Source: Chloroflexota bacterium (GTDB lineage: Bacteria > Chloroflexota > Anaerolineae > UBA4142). From it: 63,111 nucleotides of DNA. Positions 26,962-35,286 of this stretch are shown in pieces. Within the stretch, counting starts at the first letter, position 1. Each line of letters opens with the position of its first letter. A program made the translations under genes and the position numbers. Under the pieces are notes generated by a model. The model was not told where the DNA came from, ran no database searches, and worked only from the letters and a program-made list of their open reading frames with translations. The stretch lies in assembly GCA_023489485.1 (NCBI GenBank), contig JAMDCU010000158.1, positions 1-63,111 of the forward strand. The letters run 5' to 3'.

Positions 26962-29166
26962 CTAATAGAAGGCTTCGCCGCAATTATCGCAGAACTTGAC
27001 GCCTATCACCGACGGTTTGCGGCACTTTTTGCAGATTTGGACCTGTCCGGCCACCTGGCTGTGCCCATCCGCCGTAATGGGAGTCGGCTGGGTTCCACCT
27101 GGAGTGACAACCACGAGCGGCTGGGTCGGCGTGGTTCTGGAAAAAGCCGTCGCCGTGTCCCGCTGGCTATCCAGCGCCTTGTTGAACATCTCTTGCAGCC
27201 GTCGCGCGTTGCTCTCTTGGGTCTCTTGCAGACTCTTGGCCGACAGTTTTTGCTCCTCCAACATCTTGTCATACATCTGCTGTAGCTGCTTCTGCAGCTC
27301 GGGCGACTGCATCGCCTTGAATTTCTCGATGAACGCTTGAGCAACTTGCGGCGAGTGCTCCGCTGCCATGGCCAGGATTTGTTCCTCCGTCATGCCTTTC
27401 AGCGTCTCGGTGCGTTTGAGTTCCGCGAGAATCCTACCCTGCTCCGCTCCGGAGACTGAAATGAGTGCCTCCGAGGACATTTGCCCGATAACCTGCAGCC
27501 GCTGCAGTTCCTGCTCATGTGCGGCACGCTTCTCTTGCATCGTCAGCTCAGTCCGGGCACGGAGCTCCTGCAACTGAAGATCCAAGTGAAGTTTCTGCTG
27601 CTCGAGTTGGTTCATTCTCTCTTGATGCTGCAGCGCAAGTTTCTGGGTCTGCATCTGGTTCAACAGAGCGAGCCCCATTTCGCCGTCAAGCCGATCCTGC
27701 TCGCGTTCCGCTGCGCGAATTTCCGCTTCCGTCTTGGCATTTGATATCCGAATCTCGTTCGCGGCCTTGGCATTTCCGATCTCGCGCACTTGTCTCTCCG
27801 CATCATCGAGCTTACCTTGCTCCCGGCGGAACTCACTTTCGGCTCTTTGACGTTTGATCTCGCTTTCCCACCTTAGCGTATCCAGCCCAACGCGTCCTTC
27901 CAATCGCTGGCGCTCCGTGTCCAGTTCAAACCGAATTTGCGAACCGGTCAGATCTCGTTGGAGGCTCAAATCAGCCGTCTTGAGTTCATAATCGCGTTCC
28001 ATATCGGCTTTTGCGGCGAGGTGAGCCCGGAGTTTGTCTTGGTCCTCTCGGCGCTCGAGGATGTCCCGTTTCAGGTTCTCTCTCTCTTCCGCCCGAAGCA
28101 GCTTCTTCTTGTCTACGTCTTCCATAAAGACATCGAAATCGTCTTTGCTCCGGATTTCATTCATCTGTTCGGCCATTACAGTGCGGCGCATACGCTCCCA
28201 AGCGGCCGCCCGCTGTTCGTGGATTTCGGCCTTGGCAGTGTCTTCTGCTAGCTCCTGAAGCCAGGTCTCTTTGGTTATATCGAACACCCGCTTGCGGCCT
28301 TGGTTCTTGGCCTCCTCCTCGCTGATTTGCAAAAAGTATTCTTCGTTGACGCCGCGGACCTTGTCATAGCGCCCGAGTTCATAATCCAGAGTACGAAGCT
28401 GAACAAGGCGCATGCCGGCGAGTTCGAGAGTGCGACTCAGGTGCGCTTCCATTTCGACCTCCATCTCACGCTTGAGTTGGAGGTTGCGGGAGAGTTCGTC
28501 CACCGAGCGCTTGCCGATGCATTCCTGGGCGGCATCCACGACTTCGTCAAACAGATAGCCGCGCAGCGACCGCAGAGGAAAGGACCGTTGGCCCTTCATG
28601 AGGTTAGTGATAAAGAGGAGCGGATCGTGCATCTGCAACACGAGTTCGCACTTCATCGAGATCTTCAGCGGGTCCTTGGTATAGAGGCCGGTCAGCTCAA
28701 AGGGCAGGTCCGCGCTGCCGACATCCGTCAAAATCGCACTAAAGGTCTTGGTCGAGTCCAGGAGTGTGTTGAGAACCGGAATGCGGTCCACAAGTGTCTG
28801 CACGGTGTACCTGCCGGGATCGACAACGCCAATGTTCTTGCCATCCGCAATCAGCAGGGCGCGCGTTCCCGGCTCGACGGTCAGATCGGTCGCCAGGACG
28901 CCTCGCAGGTCGCGTACGTCGATGCGGGTCGCAAAGTCATCCGCGCCCCGTTGCCAGCAATTGTCCACGACCATTGGCATCTGCGCTCTCGCCAAATCCT
29001 GACCGCAGCGGCGGCAAAAGTTGGCTGTGGCATCATTCTCCGTGCCGCAGTTGCCGCACTTGACCTTACCCCCCTTGGCCGGCTCGCCACAATAAGGGCA
29101 GAAATTCGATCCTCCGGGGAAATCTTTTCCGCACTTGGCGCATTTTTGCTGGAACAGGTTCATCAT
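26962..29166 (-). CDS. Zinc-ribbon, SPFH/Band-7-like domain, ~400-aa coiled coil, C-terminal zinc ribbon
   Basis: N-terminal CAKCGK..CPYCGEP..CGNCG..CRRCG. The block GVVDPGRYTVQTL...LVLQMHDPLLFI resembles SPFH (Band_7_1-type) proteins. A very long E/R/Q/L heptad region follows. C-terminus is CKKCRK..CDNCGEAFY. Confidence 0.6.
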   Translation of the reverse strand: MMNLFQQKCAKCGKDFPGGSNFCPYCGEPAKGGKVKCGNCGTENDATANFCRRCGQDLARAQMPMVVDNCWQRGADDFATRIDVRDLRGVLATDLTVEPGTRALLIADGKNIGVVDPGRYTVQTLVDRIPVLNTLLDSTKTFSAILTDVGSADLPFELTGLYTKDPLKISMKCELVLQMHDPLLFITNLMKGQRSFPLRSLRGYLFDEVVDAAQECIGKRSVDELSRNLQLKREMEVEMEAHLSRTLELAGMRLVQLRTLDYELGRYDKVRGVNEEYFLQISEEEAKNQGRKRVFDITKETWLQELAEDTAKAEIHEQRAAAWERMRRTVMAEQMNEIRSKDDFDVFMEDVDKKKLLRAEERENLKRDILERREDQDKLRAHLAAKADMERDYELKTADLSLQRDLTGSQIRFELDTERQRLEGRVGLDTLRWESEIKRQRAESEFRREQGKLDDAERQVREIGNAKAANEIRISNAKTEAEIRAAEREQDRLDGEMGLALLNQMQTQKLALQHQERMNQLEQQKLHLDLQLQELRARTELTMQEKRAAHEQELQRLQVIGQMSSEALISVSGAEQGRILAELKRTETLKGMTEEQILAMAAEHSPQVAQAFIEKFKAMQSPELQKQLQQMYDKMLEEQKLSAKSLQETQESNARRLQEMFNKALDSQRDTATAFSRTTPTQPLVVVTPGGTQPTPITADGHSQVAGQVQICKKCRKPSVIGVKFCDNCGEAFY

Positions 29167-29229
29167 GGGGAATCCTCCTTGGGGATTGCAGATGAGATAA
29201 AGCCGTTTATCGTATCACAGTGTGTTGAC

Positions 29230-31248
29230 TCAGTTGCCTTTCAAAATCATGGCGCGATTGGCGAAGCAGTTGCGCAGGTTGGAGAGAGCCGAGTTGGCAG
29301 CCGAGATCGTCTCGTCCACGGCTAGCCAATCCGATTTCTGGACCATTCTGTCGAGAGTTGCCGACTGCACGGTCAATTTCTCGGCGTCCCGGCGCAGTCC
29401 TGTGCCGAGGTCCATAAGGCGTTGCGCTTGTTTGGCCGACACGCGATCTCCAAGCATCAACACCAGCCCACCCGTCTCCGCGCCTTCAAGCTCCTGTCGT
29501 AAGCGGTTTGCCTTTTCTTCAATCTCTTTCAGCCGAACCGCTCGGTCAAGGTGGTCGCTTACCATGTGATGACGCACCTCGCGCCAGCAGTCAGCCATCT
29601 TCGTCAGCTCATTGGCCGTTCGAGCACGCAGGAGAGCATCGGATTCCAGGACACGTTCGGCGCTGAGCCGGTTCAGCCAGCCGCGCTCGAAATCCTCTTT
29701 GCGCCGGCTGTACTCGGAATCCAGCCACTGAGAGCCGATAAACGCGCCAACCGTTGCGAGAAGGCCGAAGCCGGCCGCCATGATTTTGATGGTCGAGTCA
29801 TCTTGGACCAGACCCGGCGCGACGATGCCGACGAAGGTAATCGCGGAGAACAGAATACCGGCGAGCAGCTTGAGACGTGTGGCCCATGCGAGGAGGGCCG
29901 CGTTGCGCTGCAAAAACTTGTCTTGCTTGGTCTGGTGCCGATCATGGAGCAATACCTGCTCGATGCGGTCTTCGATGCGCTGACGTAGTCCGTTCATCCG
30001 GCGCTCAATCGCCTGGCTCAGGACTGCGATCCCGCGCGCCTGGCCTCCGGGCTTGGCCAGTTCCTGCTTGACCTGCTTTTCCTCTTCAGGGGTGAGCAGA
30101 TGCGGACTACCGGTCTTGTCCTCCAGCGCCTTGACTGCGCTTTCCACATCGGGGCTCGCCTTGAGCTGTTGCTCGATCTCCTGCTTGCCGCTCTCGCCCT
30201 GGAGAGTCTCAAGCTTCTCGATTGCTTGCGCTTCGTCAACCGCAGGGGCAAAGTCGATTGACGTGATCTCTGCCTCGGTGAGTCCGTTGTCCGCACAAGA
30301 ATCGTCGAGCGGCTTGCTGACGCAGCCAATCACTTGAGAAAGAGAGCGCGGATTATCGAATAGGGTTCCGGCATCATAATCGTTGACCGCGGCTTGAATG
30401 GCCGGAGAGAGGTCGGCCGCGACGATATTAGCGAGGGTTCGGCGATCGATGAGAGGTTGCGTGTCAAGCACGCGGGCCGCAAAGCGGAGGGCATCCGTGA
30501 CACGCATCCGGACGCGAAACGTCCAGTCGAGGGGCTCGCCATCAGCGGAAGTGAGGTGGTGAGCGGTAGCTAAGAGCGGGAACTCGGTCATATCGACGAG
30601 CGCGGCAAGTGCCGGCTCACGGGAGCCGATCCACCGGATGATGTGCTGGCCCGGAGGAACAACCTTTGCAGGGGCATTTCCCGTGTAAAGGACGCCGTTG
30701 TGGTCAGGCGGGACCAGGAAGGTCTTCCAGAAGATGCCGGGCAATCCGTCCACCTCGACGAGGCGAGCGATCACAGCCGCGTTCGGGTCTGGCGCAGATA
30801 TTGGCTGGCTCGGAGCAATCGGTTCATTCCGGCCCGACGCCGGCGTCGCCGCAGGTTTGCTCCCGAAAGGCCAGTTTGGCAGTAACCCCGCCGATTTGAG
30901 GAGGGCGCTCACCGCGCGAGTTCCGCCGCCGACGATCAGGCCGGTAAAGCCAAAGTCGAGGAGCCTTGCCCACTCCTGGCTCACATTCGGGATTCCGAGA
31001 TTCAGCCAATGAAGGATGCCGATGCCAAAGATCCAGCAGACGGCAATGCCCAGCAGGACGGCAAGCGATGACGCGACCAGAGGCTCCCGCCGCTCGAAAT
31101 CGGCAATTTGGGCGGGAGAGGCATCGCGCGGCGCCTGCCATCCGACAATGTCTTCCAGTAGAATGTGCGTTACGCCTTCGACGGCGGCTGCGATGAGCAG
31201 CAGCCCAAACAGGAACCCTGCGCTCGGCAAGCCACAAATCTGTGCCAT
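29230..31248 (-). CDS. Membrane protein with an SPFH-like central domain, internal TM hairpin and C-terminal coiled coil
   Basis: Hydrophobic N-terminus (GFLFGLLLIAAAV; LAVLLGIAVCWIFGIGIL). The block GIFWKTFLVPPDHNGVLY..VVPPGQHII..FRVRMRVTDALRFA is SPFH-like. A second TM pair is LLAGILFSAITFVGIV / AAGFGLLATVGAFIG. Confidence 0.5.
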   Translation of the reverse strand: MAQICGLPSAGFLFGLLLIAAAVEGVTHILLEDIVGWQAPRDASPAQIADFERREPLVASSLAVLLGIAVCWIFGIGILHWLNLGIPNVSQEWARLLDFGFTGLIVGGGTRAVSALLKSAGLLPNWPFGSKPAATPASGRNEPIAPSQPISAPDPNAAVIARLVEVDGLPGIFWKTFLVPPDHNGVLYTGNAPAKVVPPGQHIIRWIGSREPALAALVDMTEFPLLATAHHLTSADGEPLDWTFRVRMRVTDALRFAARVLDTQPLIDRRTLANIVAADLSPAIQAAVNDYDAGTLFDNPRSLSQVIGCVSKPLDDSCADNGLTEAEITSIDFAPAVDEAQAIEKLETLQGESGKQEIEQQLKASPDVESAVKALEDKTGSPHLLTPEEEKQVKQELAKPGGQARGIAVLSQAIERRMNGLRQRIEDRIEQVLLHDRHQTKQDKFLQRNAALLAWATRLKLLAGILFSAITFVGIVAPGLVQDDSTIKIMAAGFGLLATVGAFIGSQWLDSEYSRRKEDFERGWLNRLSAERVLESDALLRARTANELTKMADCWREVRHHMVSDHLDRAVRLKEIEEKANRLRQELEGAETGGLVLMLGDRVSAKQAQRLMDLGTGLRRDAEKLTVQSATLDRMVQKSDWLAVDETISAANSALSNLRNCFANRAMILKGN

Positions 31249-31435
31249 GGGACCCCCGTGTCACAAAACGAGATTCACACCCGTCCGTGCGAGAAAACTC
31301 ACGACTGGAAGGGATGTGCCATACCGGGCAAATCGAAGAGCGACATCATGCCATTTCCTTTGTTGTCCCACCCCGGGGTGCAAGACCCAGGGGGCAGGAC
31401 GATTTGATATTTGCCCGCAGCCCTCCAACCTGACT

Positions 31436-31466
31436 GCAGCCAGGGCACCGACCGCGCCATCTTTCA
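31436..31466 (-). promoter_or_regulatory. 31-nt box conserved 3' of both template repeats (second copy 51590-51620)
   Basis: gcagccagggcaccgaccgcgccatctttca versus gcagccagggcaccgaccgcgccatttttca (30/31). It lies about 55-70 nt downstream (- sense) of TR1 and TR2, and the flanking sequence is diverged. Confidence 0.5.
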
Positions 31467-31532
31467 TCCCTCGGCGACGCGTCCCGAGCGAGTCAAAAGA
31501 CGCGACGCATTTCCGGCGTAAGTGAAAGGTGT

Positions 31533-31647
31533 GCGACGCACAAACCCGAAAACCGTAGTTCTCGTTACGGTTGCCTGGATTGTTGTAGTTGCGATAGGCG
31601 CAGCGGACGTTCGTTGCATTGTTGTTGAACGCGCCCCCCCGCAAAAC
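31533..31647 (-). repeat. DGR template repeat TR1
   Basis: AAC-rich on the - strand (..[35 protein letters not shown]). Aligns to VR1 with 15 substitutions, all at TR adenines. Confidence 0.9.
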
Positions 31648-31670
31648 CCACGCGCCATCGGTCGAGCCCC

Positions 31671-32033
31671 TCACGCCGAGCCGCTTGGCTCGGGAGTGAC
31701 GGTTTTGAGCCAGCCGCCGAGCAACCGTCCCAGTTGGGCGATTATCTCGGAGGCGTAGCGATATTGCCGGCTCGAAATCCACTGCCAGCGCTCGCACAAA
31801 CGCAAGTACAGACGCACTTTGAGCAGTTCGGTGTCGGCCGCGCGCAGCTTTTGGGCGCGCATATTACCGCGGTGCGAATTCGCCTCGATCAGTAATTCCT
31901 GAAAGTTCAGCGCGGCATCCTGTAGACGACGCGTGACCACAAAGCGCTGCGCGCGCGGGAAACGCAACGTCAGCGGGACCAGCCAAGAAACGAAATCATA
32001 CGTCCGTGCAAAGATGATCATTTCCTCAGACAT
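31671..32033 (-). CDS. avd: DGR accessory variability determinant (Avd-like four-helix-bundle protein)
   Basis: 120 aa from the ATG at 32033, which overlaps the RT stop by 8 nt. [42 protein letters not shown]...[10 protein letters not shown] matches the Avd / 23S-IVS-protein pattern. The track start at 32126 lies inside the RT gene. Confidence 0.8.
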   Translation of the reverse strand: MSEEMIIFARTYDFVSWLVPLTLRFPRAQRFVVTRRLQDAALNFQELLIEANSHRGNMRAQKLRAADTELLKVRLYLRLCERWQWISSRQYRYASEIIAQLGRLLGGWLKTVTPEPSGSA

Positions 32034-33087
32034 GCGTGACCTCGTCGGCGCGCAGGCCATACCGGTCCAGGAGCGCGCGGCGCAAGCCGTACGTGTCGCC
32101 ATGGCCCGCGTGGTTGATCCACCCACGCACGGATGCGTTCACGCGCTCGCGCGGCGCGGTCGCCAGCAAGTATTTGAGCCGCCGCTGAAAGGCGATTCCC
32201 TTGCGGCGTTTCAAACGACGATGATCTGGGAAAATGATAAAGCCGAGAAACGGAATTCCCTCGCGGACCGGGTACGGGCGGGCGCTTTCGGTGTGAATCG
32301 TCAGCCGATAGCGTGCGAGCCGCTCGATCAGCGCTGCGCGCCATTCCCACAATTGCGCCTTGCTCTCGCTGAAAAGCAAGAAATCGTCCACATACCGCAG
32401 ATACACCGGACAGCGTAGTTCGCGCTTGACGAACTGATCGAAGGGGTTCAGATAAACGTTGGCCCACCATTGCGAAGTGAGGTTCCCGATTGGAAGGCCG
32501 CGCGGGCGCGTCGCGGCAAACAGATCGTCGCCAGGAAAAAGAACGAGGCGATATTCTTCGGATAAGACATCGCGTCCGCTCGCGAGAATTCGATCAATGA
32601 GCCACTGTAGATCCGGTGTGGGGTGGATCAATTGTTCCAGCGTCTCCCGCAAAATCGCGTGATCGATGGAAGGAAAGAACTGCACCACATCGCCTTGCAA
32701 GACGTAAGGGAATCGGCGCGCAAATTGTTGGCACCGGTCGAGTGCGCGATGCGTGCCTCTGCCAGTCCGATTGGCATAACTGTCCGGCAGGAAAGCGCGT
32801 TCGAGACACGGCACCGTCACGCGGCAGAGCGCGTGATGCACGACCCGGTCGCGAAAGGGCGCGGCAGAGATGAGCCGGCGCTTGGGTTCGTGGATGAAGA
32901 ACGAGTGGTAGGCGCCGGGTTGGTAGGTCTGCGCGCGCAATTCGTCTTGTAGCTTGAGCAAATTGTCCGCGAGTCTGAATTCGAAAGTCGCCGTTGCCGC
33001 GCGCCCACGCTTGCCGCGCGATGCTGCGCGAAACGCTTGCCATAAATTGTCCCAGGCGTAAACTTGATCAAGGTCTATTCTTTCCAT
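32026..33087 (-). CDS. DGR reverse transcriptase
   Basis: 353 aa. RT motifs include RRLISAAPFRDRVVHHAL, GLPIGNLTSQWWANVYL (the DGR-type I/LGxxxSQ signature) and YLRYVDDFLLF (YxDD). Confidence 0.95.
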   Translation of the reverse strand: MERIDLDQVYAWDNLWQAFRAASRGKRGRAATATFEFRLADNLLKLQDELRAQTYQPGAYHSFFIHEPKRRLISAAPFRDRVVHHALCRVTVPCLERAFLPDSYANRTGRGTHRALDRCQQFARRFPYVLQGDVVQFFPSIDHAILRETLEQLIHPTPDLQWLIDRILASGRDVLSEEYRLVLFPGDDLFAATRPRGLPIGNLTSQWWANVYLNPFDQFVKRELRCPVYLRYVDDFLLFSESKAQLWEWRAALIERLARYRLTIHTESARPYPVREGIPFLGFIIFPDHRRLKRRKGIAFQRRLKYLLATAPRERVNASVRGWINHAGHGDTYGLRRALLDRYGLRADEVTHV

Positions 33088-35074
33088 TTTTCATTTTTCC
33101 ACGAGGGGGCGCTGTGTGCCCCCTCGTGCTCCCCCGGGCGATCAGAGATTCAGAGTTCAGAGAGCCAGAGATCAGAGGTGGATGGGCGACGCACAAACCC
33201 GAAAACCGTAGGACTCGAGACGGTAGCCTGGAAGGTTGAAGTAGCGAGAGGCGCAGCGGACGCTCGTAGCATCGAGGTTGAACGCGCCCCCCCCGCAAAA
33301 CGCGGTATTGCCCTGATTCCGGTCCCGCCGGATTCTTCGCCGGTGACTTTTGATAGTACGCCTCGTCCCACCAATCGGCGCACCAATCCCACACGTTCCC
33401 CGCCATATCCACGCATTTGTATGGACTGTCTCCGTGCGAGTTATACTTGCCCACGGGCGTCTTCGTACCGACGTTGTTGCCAAAGTTGCACAGATTCGGG
33501 CTGGGCGCGTTATTCCCCCAAGGATAGATTCTGCCGTCAGTGCCGCGTGCCGCTTTTTCCCACTGCGCTTCGGTTGGTAGGCGAATCTCCGTCCCATTTA
33601 CTTGGCTCGCCCATTTGCAGAACGCAACCGCGTCATCCCAGTTGACGCCCGTGATCGGATGATTGCCCTTCTGATTCACATTGCCAGACACCGTAATCTG
33701 GTAACCTGTCGCCTTGACAAAAGCCCAGAATTGCAGAACTGTCACCGGGTACTTGCCGATATAGTACTCATCCAATTCGACGGTGTGTTGCGGCTTTTCC
33801 TTCGCTTCTGCATGCCCATCGTTGTTTCCGCTTCCCATCGCAAATTCGCCTGCAGGTACACGCACCAGTACCAGTTCAATGCCTTGCGCCAATTGCAGAA
33901 CGATTTCGTCGCCGCTCTGGAATCGCTCCAGCGACCGCTCCGCGTGCGTGAGCCGGGTTTGCGCTGCCCTTTGCTTTTCGTCGGCTTTTCGCCGCGCCTC
34001 TTCCGCCTCCAATGCGGCTTGGCGCGCTTGCGCTTGCTCCTGTTGCAGTTCCTTCAGCAGCGTTTCAGTTTCTCCCGCCAATTGATCCAGTTGCGCGGCT
34101 TGCGCTTCCGCCAGTCGCTGCGCACGTTCGGCCTCCTCCTTCTGCCGCTGCAGCGCCTCAATCCGTGCTCGCGCTTGGGCTACCGCCGTCTCGCGCACTT
34201 GCATCAGTTTCGCCGTTTTCTCCGCCGTGGCCTGCTGTTCGGCGCTCAGCGCGGCTTGCAGCGCTTGGACGAACGCGGTCGCATGCTTGGGACGGTCGGC
34301 AGGACGCTTGGCAAGCGCGCGCAGGACTTGGGCGGCAAGCGCAGGCGGAAGGTCGGCTCGCAGATCGAGCGGGTTGGGCGGTGGTGCATCAGCATGCATC
34401 CGCACTACCGCGACCGGCGTGTTTGCACGGAACGGTATCTGACCGGTGAGCATCTCAAATACGACCACCCCGAACGAGTAGAGATCGGAGCGTTCGGTGG
34501 CCGGCTGGCCGCAGGCTTGCTCGGGCGAAAGATACTCGGCCGTCCCAATAAAGCTTTGCGATTGGCTGATGGTGCTCATGTAGGCGGAGCCTTCGATCCC
34601 ACGCATCAGCCCAAAATCGCTCAGGTATGCGCGCCCATCCTCGTCCAATAGGATGTTTGCCGATTTCACGTCGCGGTGGACCACACCCTGCGCGTGGGCA
34701 TAGTCCAGTGCGCCGGCCACCTGTGCAGCGATGCGGAGTACCATTGGCACGGCGAGCGCGCCGGAATCGTGCAGCCGCGTGCGCAAGTCAAAGCCCCGCA
34801 CGAGCGTCATCGCGATGTAAAAGCGTCCTTGCGCCTCGCCGTAATCGAGCGACCTGACGATGTTGGGATGGTCGAGCTTGGACGTGAGTTTGAACTCTTG
34901 CTGAAAGCGCGTGATGAACGTGGGGTCGTCCGCGAGCTTGGGATCAAGCGCTTTGACCGCGACATCGCGCTGGTTTTTTTCGTCGCGTCCGAGGTACACC
35001 GTCGCAAAGCCACCGCGACCGAGTTCACGAAAGAGCGTGTAAGGACCGAGAGAAAATGGAAATTGATTAACCAA
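33068..35074 (-). CDS. STK4: Ser/Thr kinase, coiled coil, FGE-sulfatase/C-type-lectin-fold domain; DGR target, reading frame broken inside VR1
   Basis: TTG start. GRGGFATVY, HRDVKSANILL, DFGL. ~110-aa coiled coil with no hydrophobic TM stretch. FGE motifs [78 protein letters not shown]. As assembled the frame slips at the G8 run and ends at 33068. With G7 the protein would end at 33172 (..FRVCASPIHL*). Confidence 0.85.
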   Translation of the reverse strand: MVNQFPFSLGPYTLFRELGRGGFATVYLGRDEKNQRDVAVKALDPKLADDPTFITRFQQEFKLTSKLDHPNIVRSLDYGEAQGRFYIAMTLVRGFDLRTRLHDSGALAVPMVLRIAAQVAGALDYAHAQGVVHRDVKSANILLDEDGRAYLSDFGLMRGIEGSAYMSTISQSQSFIGTAEYLSPEQACGQPATERSDLYSFGVVVFEMLTGQIPFRANTPVAVVRMHADAPPPNPLDLRADLPPALAAQVLRALAKRPADRPKHATAFVQALQAALSAEQQATAEKTAKLMQVRETAVAQARARIEALQRQKEEAERAQRLAEAQAAQLDQLAGETETLLKELQQEQAQARQAALEAEEARRKADEKQRAAQTRLTHAERSLERFQSGDEIVLQLAQGIELVLVRVPAGEFAMGSGNNDGHAEAKEKPQHTVELDEYYIGKYPVTVLQFWAFVKATGYQITVSGNVNQKGNHPITGVNWDDAVAFCKWASQVNGTEIRLPTEAQWEKAARGTDGRIYPWGNNAPSPNLCNFGNNVGTKTPVGKYNSHGDSPYKCVDMAGNVWDWCADWWDEAYYQKSPAKNPAGPESGQYRVLRGGRVQPRCYERPLRLSLLQPSRLPSRVLRFSGLCVAHPPLISGSLNSESLIARGSTRGHTAPPRGKMKNGKNRP
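33102..33126 (-). promoter_or_regulatory. GC-rich 9-bp hairpin downstream of VR1 (second copy 51903-51927)
   Basis: cgagggggc-gctgtgt-gccccctcg. It sits 60 nt 3' of VR1 and 15 nt before the RT ATG. It is part of an ~84-nt flank that is ~93% identical at both VR loci. Confidence 0.6.
33186..33301 (-). repeat. DGR variable repeat VR1
   Basis: Encodes ..[39 protein letters not shown]. Identical to TR1 except at 15 TR-adenine positions, plus one extra G in a G7 run (C8 on + at 33287-33294 versus C7 at 31634-31640). Confidence 0.9.
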
Positions 35075-35286
35075 TTTTTACCCAACTCCTGGAGAAAAGG
35101 GGGTTCGTGATATGCTCCGATAGAGCTCAGTAAACCAATAATGAGGGAGTTGCCGGTCTACTCACAGTCCCAGAAGCTTGCTCCCTTGCACACCGGCGAG
35201 TCGGTGATTCTCCACGGCCAGTGGCGCGGATGGTCGTCAGCCTCGCTTCGACACTACCTCCGATGGTTGGTGCCCTCCACACTCTA

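Noticed and set aside
28300-29325. 341-aa + strand ORF
   Set aside because: Shadow ORF opposite the zinc-ribbon/SPFH gene. It has no motifs, whereas the - strand product has clear zinc ribbons and heptad repeats.
31261-31797. 178-aa - strand ORF spanning TR1 (and the analogous 86-aa ORF 51527-51787 over TR2)
   Set aside because: The only protein-like part is the TR copy of the FGE C-terminus, and there is no upstream FGE domain. I interpret it as a non-coding template RNA region, not a gene.
33602-34651. 349-aa + strand ORF
   Set aside because: Shadow ORF opposite the STK4-FGE gene, whose kinase and FGE motifs are unambiguous.
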